From an uncultured Puniceicoccaceae bacterium (GTDB lineage Bacteria; Verrucomicrobiota; Verrucomicrobiia; Opitutales; Oceanipulchritudinaceae), in the NCBI GenBank assembly GCA_963933835.1, contig CAWVVV010000007.1:20083-84082 (forward strand): DNA of 64,000 nucleotides, given 5' to 3'. Made by a program: the position numbers and the translations under genes. Below the pieces are notes generated by a model. That model made no database searches. It was not told the origin of the DNA and worked only from the letters and a program-made list of their open reading frames with translations. Shown piece after piece: positions 29,896 to 40,301 of the stretch (positions within the stretch are counted from its first letter, which is position 1; the number at the start of each line of letters is the position of its first letter).

Positions 29896-31270
29896 TTCGA
29901 GGAACTACTTCCGAAGCTCCAGTTTCAAAATGGCACTCTTCTTCACGGTGCTTTTGAGCGCGGCGGTTTTGAGTTTGGGATACTTTCTGTATGATTATGG
30001 GCGAGAAGAGTATCAGCGGGAGAGCGAACTGGTCATCGATGCGGAGATCGAGAATCTTTTGCTAGAGCTCAAACTCAACACGGAAGAATCGCTCAAAGAG
30101 ATTGTTGATGAAAGAGCGGTTGAACGTGAAGGGGTTTTCTATCTCTTGGTCGATTCGCAATCGAATTGGCTCGCGGGTGACTTGAGGTCCATTCCGGACG
30201 CCGTTGCTCGCATTGCCGAAGGGGTCATTCGTTTTAAGGTCGATGTTGGCACCGGGGAAAAATCTGACTGGCGAATCGTCGCGGCAAAAATTCATACTTT
30301 CCCGGACCAAGCTCAGTTGTTGGTCGCACGGGATGTCAGTGTGATTAACGAACGATTCCTGTGGCAGCGCACCTTAAGCTTTCTCAGCATCGCTTGTTTA
30401 TTCTCCATTGTTCTGGTCAGCTTTTTTATCAGCTTTTTCGTCGTCACTCGGATCAATCGAATGTCCAACATCGCCCTTGAGATTGTGGCGACAGGCAATC
30501 TATCGAAACGGCTAGCGGTGGATTCGCGATGGGATGACATGAGCCATCTCGCGGGGGTCTTCAATCAGATGCTCGATCGGATCGAGTCATTGATGGAAGG
30601 CGTCAAACAAGTATCTGACAACATTGCACACGATCTACGAACCCCTCTCGCTCACCTTCGAAATCGGTTGGAGGTGATGCAGCAGAGCGACCCTGAGAGT
30701 GAAGAAGTCGCTGCTTTGATCAAGGAGTCCGATCGTTTGCTGCAGACCTTCGGCTCGCTTTTGCGGATTTCGAAAATGGATTCTGAAGTCGACCAATCAA
30801 ACTTTGAGAAAGTCGACCTCCAAAAGATCGCAACCGATTCCGTCGAGTTCTACCGCCCCATGGCGCTTGAGCAAAATATGGAGCTCCTCTTTGAGGGCGA
30901 ATCCTGTTTCATACGGGGCGATCGAAATTTGCTGTTCCAAGCCATCTCCAACGTAATCGACAATGCGATCAAGTACTCTCCCGCCGGAGGTCAGATCCGA
31001 TGCGTTCTAGTCGAAAATCAATCCACCGTTGAAATTGCTTTTGCGGATCAAGGCATCGGCGTTTCGGAAAAGGATAAAAAACGTCTTCTCGAACGGTTCT
31101 ATCGCTGCGATCCCAGTCGTTCGACCAGTGGCACTGGACTTGGACTCAGTCTGGTGGACTCGATCGTCCGCCTCCATGACGGGTCGATTGATTTTCAGGA
31201 TGCCCACCCAAATGGTCTCATCGTGAGGTTGACCCTTCCACGAAAGAGCGCAAAGATTACACAGAGTTAA
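29888..31270 (+). CDS. HAMP-domain sensor histidine kinase
   Basis: 2 TM, HAMP, AHDLRTPL H-box, NVIDNAIKY, DQGIG, GTGLGLS. Confidence 0.95.
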   Translation: MTDSRNYFRSSSFKMALFFTVLLSAAVLSLGYFLYDYGREEYQRESELVIDAEIENLLLELKLNTEESLKEIVDERAVEREGVFYLLVDSQSNWLAGDLRSIPDAVARIAEGVIRFKVDVGTGEKSDWRIVAAKIHTFPDQAQLLVARDVSVINERFLWQRTLSFLSIACLFSIVLVSFFISFFVVTRINRMSNIALEIVATGNLSKRLAVDSRWDDMSHLAGVFNQMLDRIESLMEGVKQVSDNIAHDLRTPLAHLRNRLEVMQQSDPESEEVAALIKESDRLLQTFGSLLRISKMDSEVDQSNFEKVDLQKIATDSVEFYRPMALEQNMELLFEGESCFIRGDRNLLFQAISNVIDNAIKYSPAGGQIRCVLVENQSTVEIAFADQGIGVSEKDKKRLLERFYRCDPSRSTSGTGLGLSLVDSIVRLHDGSIDFQDAHPNGLIVRLTLPRKSAKITQS

Positions 31271-31273
31271 TCT
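31252..31273. promoter_or_regulatory. AGATTA-N8-TAATCT palindrome, copy 1
   Basis: AAAGATTACACAGAGTTAATCT about 46 bp before the oxidoreductase start. Confidence 0.65.
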
Positions 31274-31319
31274 AACCGCCATTCGGCAGCAAGTGAGGAT
31301 ATGCTAAGGTATCCCCTTG

Positions 31320-32591
31320 ATGAAAACCTCGAGAAAGAAAATTGCAGTAATCGGTGGAGGCATTTCCGGTCTCGGAGCGGCCTACCTACTGAAAGATGCG
31401 ACGGATCTAACACTCTTCGAGAAGAATGCCTATCTCGGTGGACACAGCCGAACCCTTGAAGTGGAGGTTAGTGGAAAAACGGTGCCGGTCGACACAGGCT
31501 TCATCGTCTATAACGAACGGAACTACCCACTCTTAACAGGGCTGTTTCGGCACCTGGAAGTTCCAGTGGTCGAGTCAAACATGTCCTTCGGAGTTTCCAT
31601 CAATGACGGCTGGTTGGAATTTTCATCAGGTGGTTTGCAAGGGCTATTCGGAAGTATTCGCAATCTTACAAATCCAAAGATGTGGCGACTGGTCAGTGAT
31701 ATTTTGAAGTTTAATCGCGGTGCGATGAAATATCTTGAAGCCCCAGGGGACATTTCACTTGGACAGTGTTTAGACGAGATTGGCGTCAGCGATTGGTTCC
31801 GCTACTATTACATCCTGCCAATGGGCGGATCCATCTGGAGTTGTCCGGTCGAACAAATCCTAAACTTTCCCGCTGCAGCCTTTCTTCGGTTTTTCAACAA
31901 TCACGGTCTATTGACGGTGGCCGACCAGCCGCAATGGTACTCGGTCGTCGGGGGTTCGAAAGAATACGTGAACAGGCTGATCGACCAATTCTCAGGACAA
32001 ATAAAAATACGCTCTGGCGCTAAGAGCGTTTCGCGAATCAGCGACGGAGTTCAGGTGACCGATGAAACGGGAGAGGTCGCGGTATTTGATGAGGTGATCA
32101 TCGCAGCCCATGCGGATGAAGCACTTAAGCTGAACGAAACTCCCACTCCCGACGAAGAAGAGATCCTCTCTGCCTTCAAGTATCAACCCAACGAAGTGAT
32201 CTTGCACACCGACGATTCCTTTATGCCAAAACGTCGATCGGCATGGGCAAGTTGGATCTACTCTTCTGAAGAAAAGGCGGACCGGAGCTACGCAATCTCA
32301 CTTAGCTATTGGATGAACAATCTTCAGGCCTTGGACACCGACACCGACGTCTTCGTGACTTTGAACCCCGGCAAAGCACCCGCCGAGAAGACCATCCTCA
32401 ACCGCCATATTTTTGACCATCCGGTTTTTGATCAGGCCTCGATTGAAGCGCAGAAACGGATCGAGGAAATCCAAGGAAAGGACCGCGTTTGGTATTGCGG
32501 TGCTTACCAGCGAAACGGATTTCACGAGGACGGGCTTTGGAGCGCGGTTAGAGTTGCCGAAAAAATGGGGATCACACCCAGTTGGATATAG
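31320..32591 (+). CDS. FAD-dependent oxidoreductase (UfaD-like fatty acyl desaturase)
   Basis: IAVIGGGISGL, GGHSRT, VDTGFIVYN, YWMNNLQ, GFHEDG; neighbours DUF1365 and cfa-like genes. Confidence 0.85.
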   Translation: MKTSRKKIAVIGGGISGLGAAYLLKDATDLTLFEKNAYLGGHSRTLEVEVSGKTVPVDTGFIVYNERNYPLLTGLFRHLEVPVVESNMSFGVSINDGWLEFSSGGLQGLFGSIRNLTNPKMWRLVSDILKFNRGAMKYLEAPGDISLGQCLDEIGVSDWFRYYYILPMGGSIWSCPVEQILNFPAAAFLRFFNNHGLLTVADQPQWYSVVGGSKEYVNRLIDQFSGQIKIRSGAKSVSRISDGVQVTDETGEVAVFDEVIIAAHADEALKLNETPTPDEEEILSAFKYQPNEVILHTDDSFMPKRRSAWASWIYSSEEKADRSYAISLSYWMNNLQALDTDTDVFVTLNPGKAPAEKTILNRHIFDHPVFDQASIEAQKRIEEIQGKDRVWYCGAYQRNGFHEDGLWSAVRVAEKMGITPSWI

Positions 32592-33364
32592 CCTCAAAAT
32601 TGCTTTTCTCAAAGGTTTCGCACCGGCGGCTTTTCCCAAAAGAGAACCGATTCTCCTACCGTGTGTATAGTCTGGTTTTTGATCCCGAGAAGATTGATGA
32701 ACTGGCGGATGGGCGTTGGTTCGGCGTCGATCGATGGGGACTGTTTTCTTTTCATCGAAAAGACCATGGAAATTGCGATGGAAGCTCGTTAACCGAATGG
32801 GCAAAAGGAGTGGTCAATCGGTATGGGGTCGATTTAGGGGTAAAGCGCTTTGTCCTCATCGCGATGCCCCGTGTGCTCGGCTACGGATTCAATCCAGTCA
32901 GTTTTTGGCTGTGCTTGGATGAGGAGGATGCGCTGAAAGCAGTCATTGCCGAAGTCCACAACACCTTTGGCGAACGTCACCTCTATTTCTGCCGAAACAA
33001 AGACGGAACCGCGATTGAATCGAATGACGCCATCGAGGCGGAAAAGATGTTCCACGTTTCTCCATTCATGGAACGATCGGGACACTACCGATTTAAATAC
33101 AATCTGAGCGACCGAGGCTTCTCGGCAGTGATCAATTACTACGACCTAGAGGGGAGGAAAAAGCTCCTAACATCGATGGCAGGAACATTTTCGGACAATA
33201 GCCGTAGACAGCAGCTTTCTGCCTTCATTCGCTGCCCGTTGGTTACCCTGAAAACGGTCGCGATGATTCACTGGCAAGCCGCCAAGCTAGCGCTCAAAGG
33301 GATTCGTTATGTTCCGAAACCTCCCCAGCTAAACGATTCATACAATTCTGAATCGAAAGATTAA
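32582..33364 (+). CDS. DUF1365 family protein (UfaO-like)
   Basis: V.HRR..P, PRVLGYGFNPVSFW, AEVHNTFGERH, K.FHVSPF, IHWQA. Confidence 0.9.
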   Translation: MDIASKLLFSKVSHRRLFPKENRFSYRVYSLVFDPEKIDELADGRWFGVDRWGLFSFHRKDHGNCDGSSLTEWAKGVVNRYGVDLGVKRFVLIAMPRVLGYGFNPVSFWLCLDEEDALKAVIAEVHNTFGERHLYFCRNKDGTAIESNDAIEAEKMFHVSPFMERSGHYRFKYNLSDRGFSAVINYYDLEGRKKLLTSMAGTFSDNSRRQQLSAFIRCPLVTLKTVAMIHWQAAKLALKGIRYVPKPPQLNDSYNSESKD

Positions 33365-33377
33365 TTATAGTTAATCT
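33356..33377. promoter_or_regulatory. AGATTA-N8-TAATCT palindrome, copy 2
   Basis: AAAGATTAATTATAGTTAATCT about 54 bp before the cfa-like ATG. Confidence 0.65.
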
Positions 33378-33431
33378 TCCGGCCACCCGGAGTAGAGGCG
33401 ACTCGTGATAGAATGCAGAAGTAATAAAGCC

Positions 33432-34595
33432 ATGTTTGAACAAATCATTCAAAAACGATTCTTAACTTCTCTTGAACAAGTTCGATTCGGAAGTATCGAG
33501 GTCACGACTCCTTCTGGACAGATCCATATATTCGAGGGAAGCGAGCTAGGAGCGAAGGCGGACTTTCACCTGGAAAGTTGGTCGGTCGTCGCGAACTTAG
33601 CGTCGAAAGGCGAAGTGGGCTTTGCTTCCGATTATCGAGATGGCCTATGGAACACCTCCAATTTGGAAGCATTGATCACGTTTTCTCTGGAAAACGAGGA
33701 ACACCTCACTGGTTTCATTGAAGGCAACTGGTTGTCACGAATCGGGGCCCGCATAGGCTACCTTCTGAATTCAAATTCCCTGCGAGGAAGTAAGCGCAAC
33801 ATCCATGCTCACTATGATTTAGGGAATGAGTTTTATTCATTGTGGTTGGATTCCACGATGTCCTATTCATCGGCTCTGTATCTTGATCCGAATGAACCGA
33901 TCGCCGTGGCTCAAGAGAACAAATACGACCGACTGCTCGATCGGATTGAAGATCCCTCTGGATCCATCCTCGAAATTGGTTGTGGATGGGGTGGATTCGC
34001 AGAACGGGCCATCACTCGAAACGACCGAGAAATCAAAGGCGTCACGCTCTCGAAGGAGCAGCTTGATTTTGCATCGAAACGTTTGAACGGATCCGCTGAT
34101 TTCGCTTTTCAGGACTATCGTCATATCCAAGGAAAATTCGACAACATCGTTTCAATCGAAATGTTTGAAGCGGTGGGAATTAAGTATTGGAATTCCTACT
34201 TCTCGCAACTGAGAAGACTCCTCAAGACAGGTGGAAAGGCGCTTGTTCAATCGATCGTAATCGAAGAGAAGCATTTTGAATCCTACCGAAAGGGTTCTGA
34301 CATGGTCCGCAGTTTCATCTTTCCAGGCGGGATGCTCCCAAGTGTCGAACGCTTCGAGAAAACGGCCCAAGAAGGAGGAATGGAAACAAAAGACGTTTTC
34401 CTATTCGGTCACGATTACGCCCGGACCCTTCGAGTTTGGTTGAAGAATTTCGATGCGAATATAGCGGAGGTAAGAAGCCTTGGGTTCGATGAGTCATTCA
34501 TCAGGATTTGGAGATACTATCTCGGTTCGTGTGCTGCCAGTTTTCAAACCGGACGGATCAATGTAGGTCAGTTCGAACTACAGGCTGCAAGGTGA
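33432..34595 (+). CDS. cfa: Cyclopropane-fatty-acyl-phospholipid synthase family SAM methyltransferase (UfaM-like)
   Basis: NIHAHYDLGNEFY, ILEIGCGWG, SIEMFEAVG, IFPGG; ATG at 33432. Confidence 0.88.
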   Translation: MFEQIIQKRFLTSLEQVRFGSIEVTTPSGQIHIFEGSELGAKADFHLESWSVVANLASKGEVGFASDYRDGLWNTSNLEALITFSLENEEHLTGFIEGNWLSRIGARIGYLLNSNSLRGSKRNIHAHYDLGNEFYSLWLDSTMSYSSALYLDPNEPIAVAQENKYDRLLDRIEDPSGSILEIGCGWGGFAERAITRNDREIKGVTLSKEQLDFASKRLNGSADFAFQDYRHIQGKFDNIVSIEMFEAVGIKYWNSYFSQLRRLLKTGGKALVQSIVIEEKHFESYRKGSDMVRSFIFPGGMLPSVERFEKTAQEGGMETKDVFLFGHDYARTLRVWLKNFDANIAEVRSLGFDESFIRIWRYYLGSCAASFQTGRINVGQFELQAAR

Positions 34596-35152
34596 TGAAC
34601 CACGCCATCCGCTCAGTCGCATCAAAACTGCGAATCCTTTTTCTCACGATCATTTGTTTTTCGTGCTCAGCCACGCTTTTGGCATCTGTTCCAAAAATAG
34701 TCGAAGTTCAAATTGAAGACGCGCAACTGGTAGGGGAAGCCCGGATGAAGGTTCTCTTCTTCAACCTCTATGACATTGCTCTTTTCGCGCCAAAAGGAAC
34801 TTTCAATTCCTCCCTACCCTTTGCCTTGGAATTGAACTATCTTCGAGAAATTAAAGCCCGGGTCATCGCCGAACTCTCCGCGGAGGAAATGCGTCGACAA
34901 GGAAACAGTGAAGTAGATCTGGCTCGTTGGTATCGACAGATGGAGTTCATTTTCCCGGATGTCAAAAAAGGCACTTCCCTCATTGGTATATTCGATCAGG
35001 CCGGTGAAACACACTTTTACCAAGACAATGAATTGATTGGAACCATCGCTGATCGAGCATTTTCTGAATCCTTCAGCGCGATCTGGCTCGGTCCCGATTC
35101 CAGAGTTCCCAAGATCAAAAGGATACTGACCGGAGAGCAACCAATCGAATGA
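34595..35152 (+). CDS. Chalcone isomerase-like protein
   Basis: Signal peptide, G.A....F.LY, FPDVKKG, F..IWL; overlaps the cfa stop. Confidence 0.8.
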   Translation: MNHAIRSVASKLRILFLTIICFSCSATLLASVPKIVEVQIEDAQLVGEARMKVLFFNLYDIALFAPKGTFNSSLPFALELNYLREIKARVIAELSAEEMRRQGNSEVDLARWYRQMEFIFPDVKKGTSLIGIFDQAGETHFYQDNELIGTIADRAFSESFSAIWLGPDSRVPKIKRILTGEQPIE

Positions 35153-36486
35153 GACCGCTAAAGAAGACAGATCTCTTCAATTACGGAATTCTCGCATTTC
35201 CACTCTCAATTGCAGGACTTCCCCTCTATCTGCAGGCCCCTGATTTATATGCAACGGAGCGGGGAGTTTCGCTAGCATTGATGGGGATAGTCTTATTGGG
35301 ACTACGTTTCTTCGACGCGATTCAAGATCCTCTCATCGGAAGGTTGTCCGATCGATTCCAGCGCAACCGGAACCTCATCATGGGTGGCGGGACGATTACC
35401 CTGTGTATCGGTCTTTTCGCACTGATGAACCCGCCCGCAGAGGCCGGGATTATCTGGTTTTCCATCTGGATAGCGTTATCGGCCACTGCCTATAGTATCG
35501 CCACGATCAACCTGAATACAGTGGGAGGGCTCTGGTCCTCCAATCGATTTGAGCGAACACGCATTGTTACGATTAGAGAGGGACTTGCCATCAGCGGGGT
35601 TCTTTTTGGGGTGGTCACCCCGGCCGTCCTCGCGCTGTGGTTGGGGAGAGCACTGGGGTTTCAGATTTTTTCCCTGATCATCGCCGCGATTCTCTTGCTA
35701 GCTTGGATTCGTTATCGCCGGTGGAGTCGTGAACACAACCCCTCGAGCGCTGTTAGCCAAATGGAAGCACAGCCTACGGCGGCCCATTTTGCCTCCTTTC
35801 CCAAAGAGAGCGGCACTCGAAAATTGCTGTTTGTCTCGCAACTCGGCGCCTTAGCGTCGGCCTTCCCCGCGGTCCTCTTTCTCCTCTTTGTGCGGGAAAG
35901 ACTTGGAATGGATGAATGGTCTTGGCTCTTTCTCCTCCTCTATTTTGGAGCTGCGATTGTCGGATTTTCTTTCTGCAAGAATTTGTCCCGTAAGGTTGGG
36001 AAAGTGGCTGCCTGGCGAATCACAATCTGGGGTTCCATCATTGCATTTAGCGGGGCGCTCTTCGCCGGAGAGAACAGCGGAATACTCTTCGGGATAGTAT
36101 GCCTCGGCAGCGGGTTCTTCTTGGGAGGCGATGTCATCTTCCCGAATTCTTTGATGGCCGATCGAGTCGGCAAGAATACTGACGGTCGTCGAACGGCGAG
36201 CTCTGCATTCGCATGGCTTTCCTTCATCTACAAATTTGCGCTGGGACTAGCGGCCGCGGTCGCTTTTTCAGTTCTGGAATTTGTCGGTTTCAAATCCGGA
36301 ACCACCCACGGAGCAGGCGTCCTCATGGTACTCACCTTTCTCTACGCGGCCTTGCCAATCATTTTAAAAATAGCCACCGCGCTGCTCCTCAAAACGTGGC
36401 AACAGAATCTCGAAGGAAATGAAATTTATGAAAAAACGAATAGCAATGAGCTTGGCAGCGATCGCTGCCATGATTTTAGCACTTAA
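35149..36486 (+). CDS. MFS (GPH-like) transporter
   Basis: About 12 TM, DAIQDPLIGRLSDR, ERTRI motifs. Confidence 0.85.
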   Translation: MRPLKKTDLFNYGILAFPLSIAGLPLYLQAPDLYATERGVSLALMGIVLLGLRFFDAIQDPLIGRLSDRFQRNRNLIMGGGTITLCIGLFALMNPPAEAGIIWFSIWIALSATAYSIATINLNTVGGLWSSNRFERTRIVTIREGLAISGVLFGVVTPAVLALWLGRALGFQIFSLIIAAILLLAWIRYRRWSREHNPSSAVSQMEAQPTAAHFASFPKESGTRKLLFVSQLGALASAFPAVLFLLFVRERLGMDEWSWLFLLLYFGAAIVGFSFCKNLSRKVGKVAAWRITIWGSIIAFSGALFAGENSGILFGIVCLGSGFFLGGDVIFPNSLMADRVGKNTDGRRTASSAFAWLSFIYKFALGLAAAVAFSVLEFVGFKSGTTHGAGVLMVLTFLYAALPIILKIATALLLKTWQQNLEGNEIYEKTNSNELGSDRCHDFST

Positions 36487-36976
36487 TGGATGCCAAAGTA
36501 ATATGAAAATTGAAACCTACGCAAATGAACATCCGACCGTCAGTGTACGGGAATATTTTAATGGCCCGATCAAGGCTTGGGGATTGATCCAGAATCGAAA
36601 GGGAGATGTGACGACTCGCTTTGATGTAGAGATGATGGGAACTTGGGACGGCGATACAGGCACCCTCGAAGAAGATTTCCGCTACTACGATGGTCGTGAG
36701 CAAAAGCGAGTATGGACGATCAAAGAGTTGGAATCAGGTCAGTTCTCGGGAAGTGCGTCTGACATTGTGGGCACCGCCACGGGCGAACAAAAGGGCAATG
36801 CGCTTCGGTGGAACTATCAGATGGATATCGAAGTCGATGGAAGAACCTATCGGATTCAATTCGACGATTGGATGTGGTTGATGAACGACGGCATTCTCAT
36901 CAATCGTTCTTATCTGAAGAAATTCGGTTTCACGGTGGCAGAACTGACGCTGTTCATGCAGAAGACTGAATCGTGA
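36428..36976 (+). CDS. DUF3833 family lipoprotein
   Basis: LNGC lipobox, YFNG...AWG, EDF.Y.DG...RVW, FDDWM. Confidence 0.88.
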   Translation: MKKRIAMSLAAIAAMILALNGCQSNMKIETYANEHPTVSVREYFNGPIKAWGLIQNRKGDVTTRFDVEMMGTWDGDTGTLEEDFRYYDGREQKRVWTIKELESGQFSGSASDIVGTATGEQKGNALRWNYQMDIEVDGRTYRIQFDDWMWLMNDGILINRSYLKKFGFTVAELTLFMQKTES

Positions 36977-37713
36977 GTGATCGATTGAGAGGGAAACACT
37001 ACTGGCTAGTCGGAGCCAGTTCGGGAATTGGACGCGCCTTGGCCTTGGAACTCGCAAAGCGAGGGGTGCACCTGACCTTGTCTGCGCGCTCGCTGGAGAA
37101 GCTCCAATCGCTGCAAAAAGAAATCGGGGATAAAGCAACGATCAAGCAACTGGATGTGACGGATGCGGATGCAATTGATGGAGTCGTATCGGAGCTTGAA
37201 GACCTCTCAGGAGTGGTATTCCTAGCCGCCGCATACAATGCGGAATCGGGTAATTCTCGAACCGATGCAAAGCGCATTTTCGAGACGGTTAACATCAACC
37301 TAATCGGAGGCATCTATTTAGCGGAGGCAGTAAAAGCGAAGCTTCAAAGCGCTCCCGATGGAGTCCTCGCTCTTTACGGAAGCATTGCTGGGTACAGTGG
37401 TCTGCCAAACGGGCAGCCTTACTCGGCGACCAAGGCAGGGCTGATCAATTACGCAGAAAGCCTAAGAACGGAACTCCGGGGTTCTGTTGATGTGAAGATA
37501 ATCAATTCCGGTTTCGTCGACACTCGCCTAACGCGTAAAAATGATTTCCGGATGCCGATGCTCATTACACCAGAAGTAGCCGCACGCCGAATTGCCGATG
37601 GTTTAGAAAGCCGACGTTTCGAAATTGTTTTCCCCCGACGATTTGCCTGGGTTGCGAAGCTCCTGCGAGGCCTACCCTATTGGCTCTTTTTTCGGGCGAC
37701 TCGGCGGCTTTGA
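36973..37713 (+). CDS. SDR family oxidoreductase
   Basis: GASSGIG, YSATK, GFVDTRLT.KNDF.MP. Confidence 0.92.
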   Translation: MSDRLRGKHYWLVGASSGIGRALALELAKRGVHLTLSARSLEKLQSLQKEIGDKATIKQLDVTDADAIDGVVSELEDLSGVVFLAAAYNAESGNSRTDAKRIFETVNINLIGGIYLAEAVKAKLQSAPDGVLALYGSIAGYSGLPNGQPYSATKAGLINYAESLRTELRGSVDVKIINSGFVDTRLTRKNDFRMPMLITPEVAARRIADGLESRRFEIVFPRRFAWVAKLLRGLPYWLFFRATRRL

Positions 37714-37857
37714 GGCTTGATTCAATGGCTAAAGCACCCGCTATCTAGCTTGGATATCCCGGATTGTAAACAACTCGGGATGTAGGCGAAGAAACTGCAC
37801 TTGCTACAAAAACCCACTACTGATCCGATTTTCCGCTATGAGTCAGTGAACCCCAGG

Positions 37858-37928
37858 TTAAACCCCCACCCGCTGGCGCGGGCTAAGGGTGCATCGTTAC
37901 TTTCCCGAAAAGCAAATTCCTATCAGTT
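37858..37928 (+). repeat. 71-bp direct repeat, copy 2 (solo oriIS-like end)
   Basis: Identical to 28958-29028, exactly 8900 bp downstream; ...CCTATCA is followed by GTTC. Confidence 0.95.
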
Positions 37929-38075
37929 CATCACCGGCGCCTGGACACGTTTCCCTCGTAAGCGAACATCCGAAGAGTGAACAACGGGGATGCCCCCCTG
38001 CCGACCTTCTAAACGCCCCCACCCCTTTGGGATCGAAGCTTGCGACTTGCCTTAGGAATTCCGCAGATTTCAAGC

Positions 38076-39992
38076 ATGTCCTCTCTCGAAGAACCCCTCC
38101 GTTTACTACAAGAGCGCTTTGGCTTTCAGGAATTTCGGGCCGGACAGATAGCTGTTATTCAGTGGCTCTTGGAAGGACGTAGTGCGGGCGCGATATTTCC
38201 GACGGGTTCGGGCAAAAGTCTTTGCTACCAATTGCCCTCCTTGCTTCTACCGGGGCTCACACTTGTCATCTCGCCGCTACTGGCGCTGATGAAGGATCAA
38301 ATCGATAGCCTGCGCGCAAAGGGTATCCAAGCGGAACGTCTCGATTCGAGCCTCGAAGAGGCGGACTACCGACGCGTGACCGATGCCATTCGCGCGGGCA
38401 CAGTCAAACTCCTGTTTGTCGCGCCTGAACGGCTAGGCAACGAACGTTTCCTTAACCTCATTCGCGGGCAAACCATCAGCCTACTCGCGGTCGATGAAGC
38501 CCACTGTATCTCCTCTTGGGGACACAACTTCCGCCCCGATTACCTAAAGTTAGCCGACGCTGCAAAAACACTTAAAGTCGAGCGCGTGCTCGCACTCACC
38601 GCGACGGCCACACCACAAGTCGCTACCGATATGGCAGAAGCCTTTGGCATCGCCGCGGATGACATGACCAACACCGGCTTTTATCGTCCCAACCTCGAAC
38701 TGCGTGTCACGGCCTGCCACGATGCCGGGCGCCCCGCCCTCCTGCTTCAACGACTCAAGGAGCGGCCTGCTGGCGCCACGATTGTGTATGTGAGCCTACA
38801 GCGCCACGCCGAAGAAGTCGCGGCCTGCTGGCAAGCCGCCGGCTACAACGCAGCCCCCTATCATGCCGGCATGGCTGCGGACAAACGTAGCAGCACGCAG
38901 GAAGCCTTCATGGAAGGACGCATCCCCATCATTTGTGCCACGATCGCCTTTGGTATGGGTATCGATAAGTCTGACATCCGCTACATCTACCACTACCACA
39001 TGGCCAAAGGCTTCGAAAGCTACATGCAAGAAATCGGGCGGGCGGGGCGCGACGGGCAGCCTTCGGTTTGCGAACTTTTAGCCTGCCCAGACGATGCCAC
39101 CACTTTAGAAAATTTCGTCTACGGAGACACGCCCGACAACGTCAGCTTACGCGGGCTTCTCGAAGAACTGTTGGAGGAGGGCACAGGCATTGACATTGCC
39201 CTGACCGACCTCTCCCGACGCTTCGACATGCGTCAACTGGTGATCAGCACTCTACTCACACGGCTCGAACTCGCAGGCCTGATTCGCGCTCAAGGGCACT
39301 ACTACGGCAGTATTCGTTTCGCTCCAAAAAGCGACGACAAGACCCTACTCAGTCAATATCCCGCCAACCAAGCAGCCTTTCTAGCGAAGGTTTTCACCTC
39401 CTGTAGCAAAGCAAAGAAATGGGTCACCTTGGATATGGATCAAGCGATCGCCACGACCAAGCAAGATCGCAGCGTCATCCTTCGTGCATTGGAAAGTTTA
39501 GAAAGCAAAGGCCTAGCGGAACTGCAACTCGCCGGCTATCGGCAACGTTTCGAACAACTCGTTCAAGAGCCAGAGATCGACCAGATCACCGAAGCAATGA
39601 CCGCCAGCTTTGAAACGCATGAGCAGATGGAGATTGATCGAATCCACCGCATGCTCGACTACGCGAACGAACCAAGCTGCCTGACTGGAAGATTGCTCCG
39701 ATACTTTGGCGAAGAAATCAAACCCTGCGGCCACTGCAGCGCCTGCCATGGGCAGGCACAAAAAGAACTCACGCCTCGCAAGCGTCCAAGCATGGACAAC
39801 TGCGATCTAGAAGGCTTTGACGCACTCACGCAAGCGCACCCAAAAGCGTTGGAACGCCCACGCCAGCAAGCACGTTTCCTGTGCGGCCTCAACTCACCCG
39901 CAGTTTCCGCGGTGCGCGGCCTACGCGGGAATGCCCTCTTTGGTCGCTGCAGTGAAGTGCCTTTTGCCGATGTCTTAACGACTCTGCTTTGA
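38076..39992 (+). CDS. recQ: RecQ-family ATP-dependent DNA helicase
   Basis: [50 protein letters not shown] zinc motif. Confidence 0.9.
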   Translation: MSSLEEPLRLLQERFGFQEFRAGQIAVIQWLLEGRSAGAIFPTGSGKSLCYQLPSLLLPGLTLVISPLLALMKDQIDSLRAKGIQAERLDSSLEEADYRRVTDAIRAGTVKLLFVAPERLGNERFLNLIRGQTISLLAVDEAHCISSWGHNFRPDYLKLADAAKTLKVERVLALTATATPQVATDMAEAFGIAADDMTNTGFYRPNLELRVTACHDAGRPALLLQRLKERPAGATIVYVSLQRHAEEVAACWQAAGYNAAPYHAGMAADKRSSTQEAFMEGRIPIICATIAFGMGIDKSDIRYIYHYHMAKGFESYMQEIGRAGRDGQPSVCELLACPDDATTLENFVYGDTPDNVSLRGLLEELLEEGTGIDIALTDLSRRFDMRQLVISTLLTRLELAGLIRAQGHYYGSIRFAPKSDDKTLLSQYPANQAAFLAKVFTSCSKAKKWVTLDMDQAIATTKQDRSVILRALESLESKGLAELQLAGYRQRFEQLVQEPEIDQITEAMTASFETHEQMEIDRIHRMLDYANEPSCLTGRLLRYFGEEIKPCGHCSACHGQAQKELTPRKRPSMDNCDLEGFDALTQAHPKALERPRQQARFLCGLNSPAVSAVRGLRGNALFGRCSEVPFADVLTTLL

Positions 39993-40301
39993 TCGAAATA
40001 GAAAGCACCTAAGGGCTCTGCCGTGCACGCGTCCTATACGACGTGGTCAAACGAATAAGGACGAAGCGAAGCGTGGATGAAGTAGTGCATTTCTCCAAAC
40101 CGCGACATCGTGGGAGCGGCTAACAAGTCTCACTCTACTACTTGGCACTACTGCTCCTCGTCGTCTTTTTCCTCGCTCGCGAGCCCGTCCCCTTTCGTTA
40201 CCTCGACTGCTAGGGTAACCCCTAGGGCCACAGAGGTGACACAATTGACATGGGTGCCGGCTGCGTCAGATACTGTTCCATAGCCGCGATGCTACCCATC
40301 G

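Noticed and set aside
40060..40300. Hydrophobic reading frame SLYYLALLLLVVFFLAREPVPFRYLDC on the + strand
   Set aside because: Multiple stops and no recognisable family; too degraded to call
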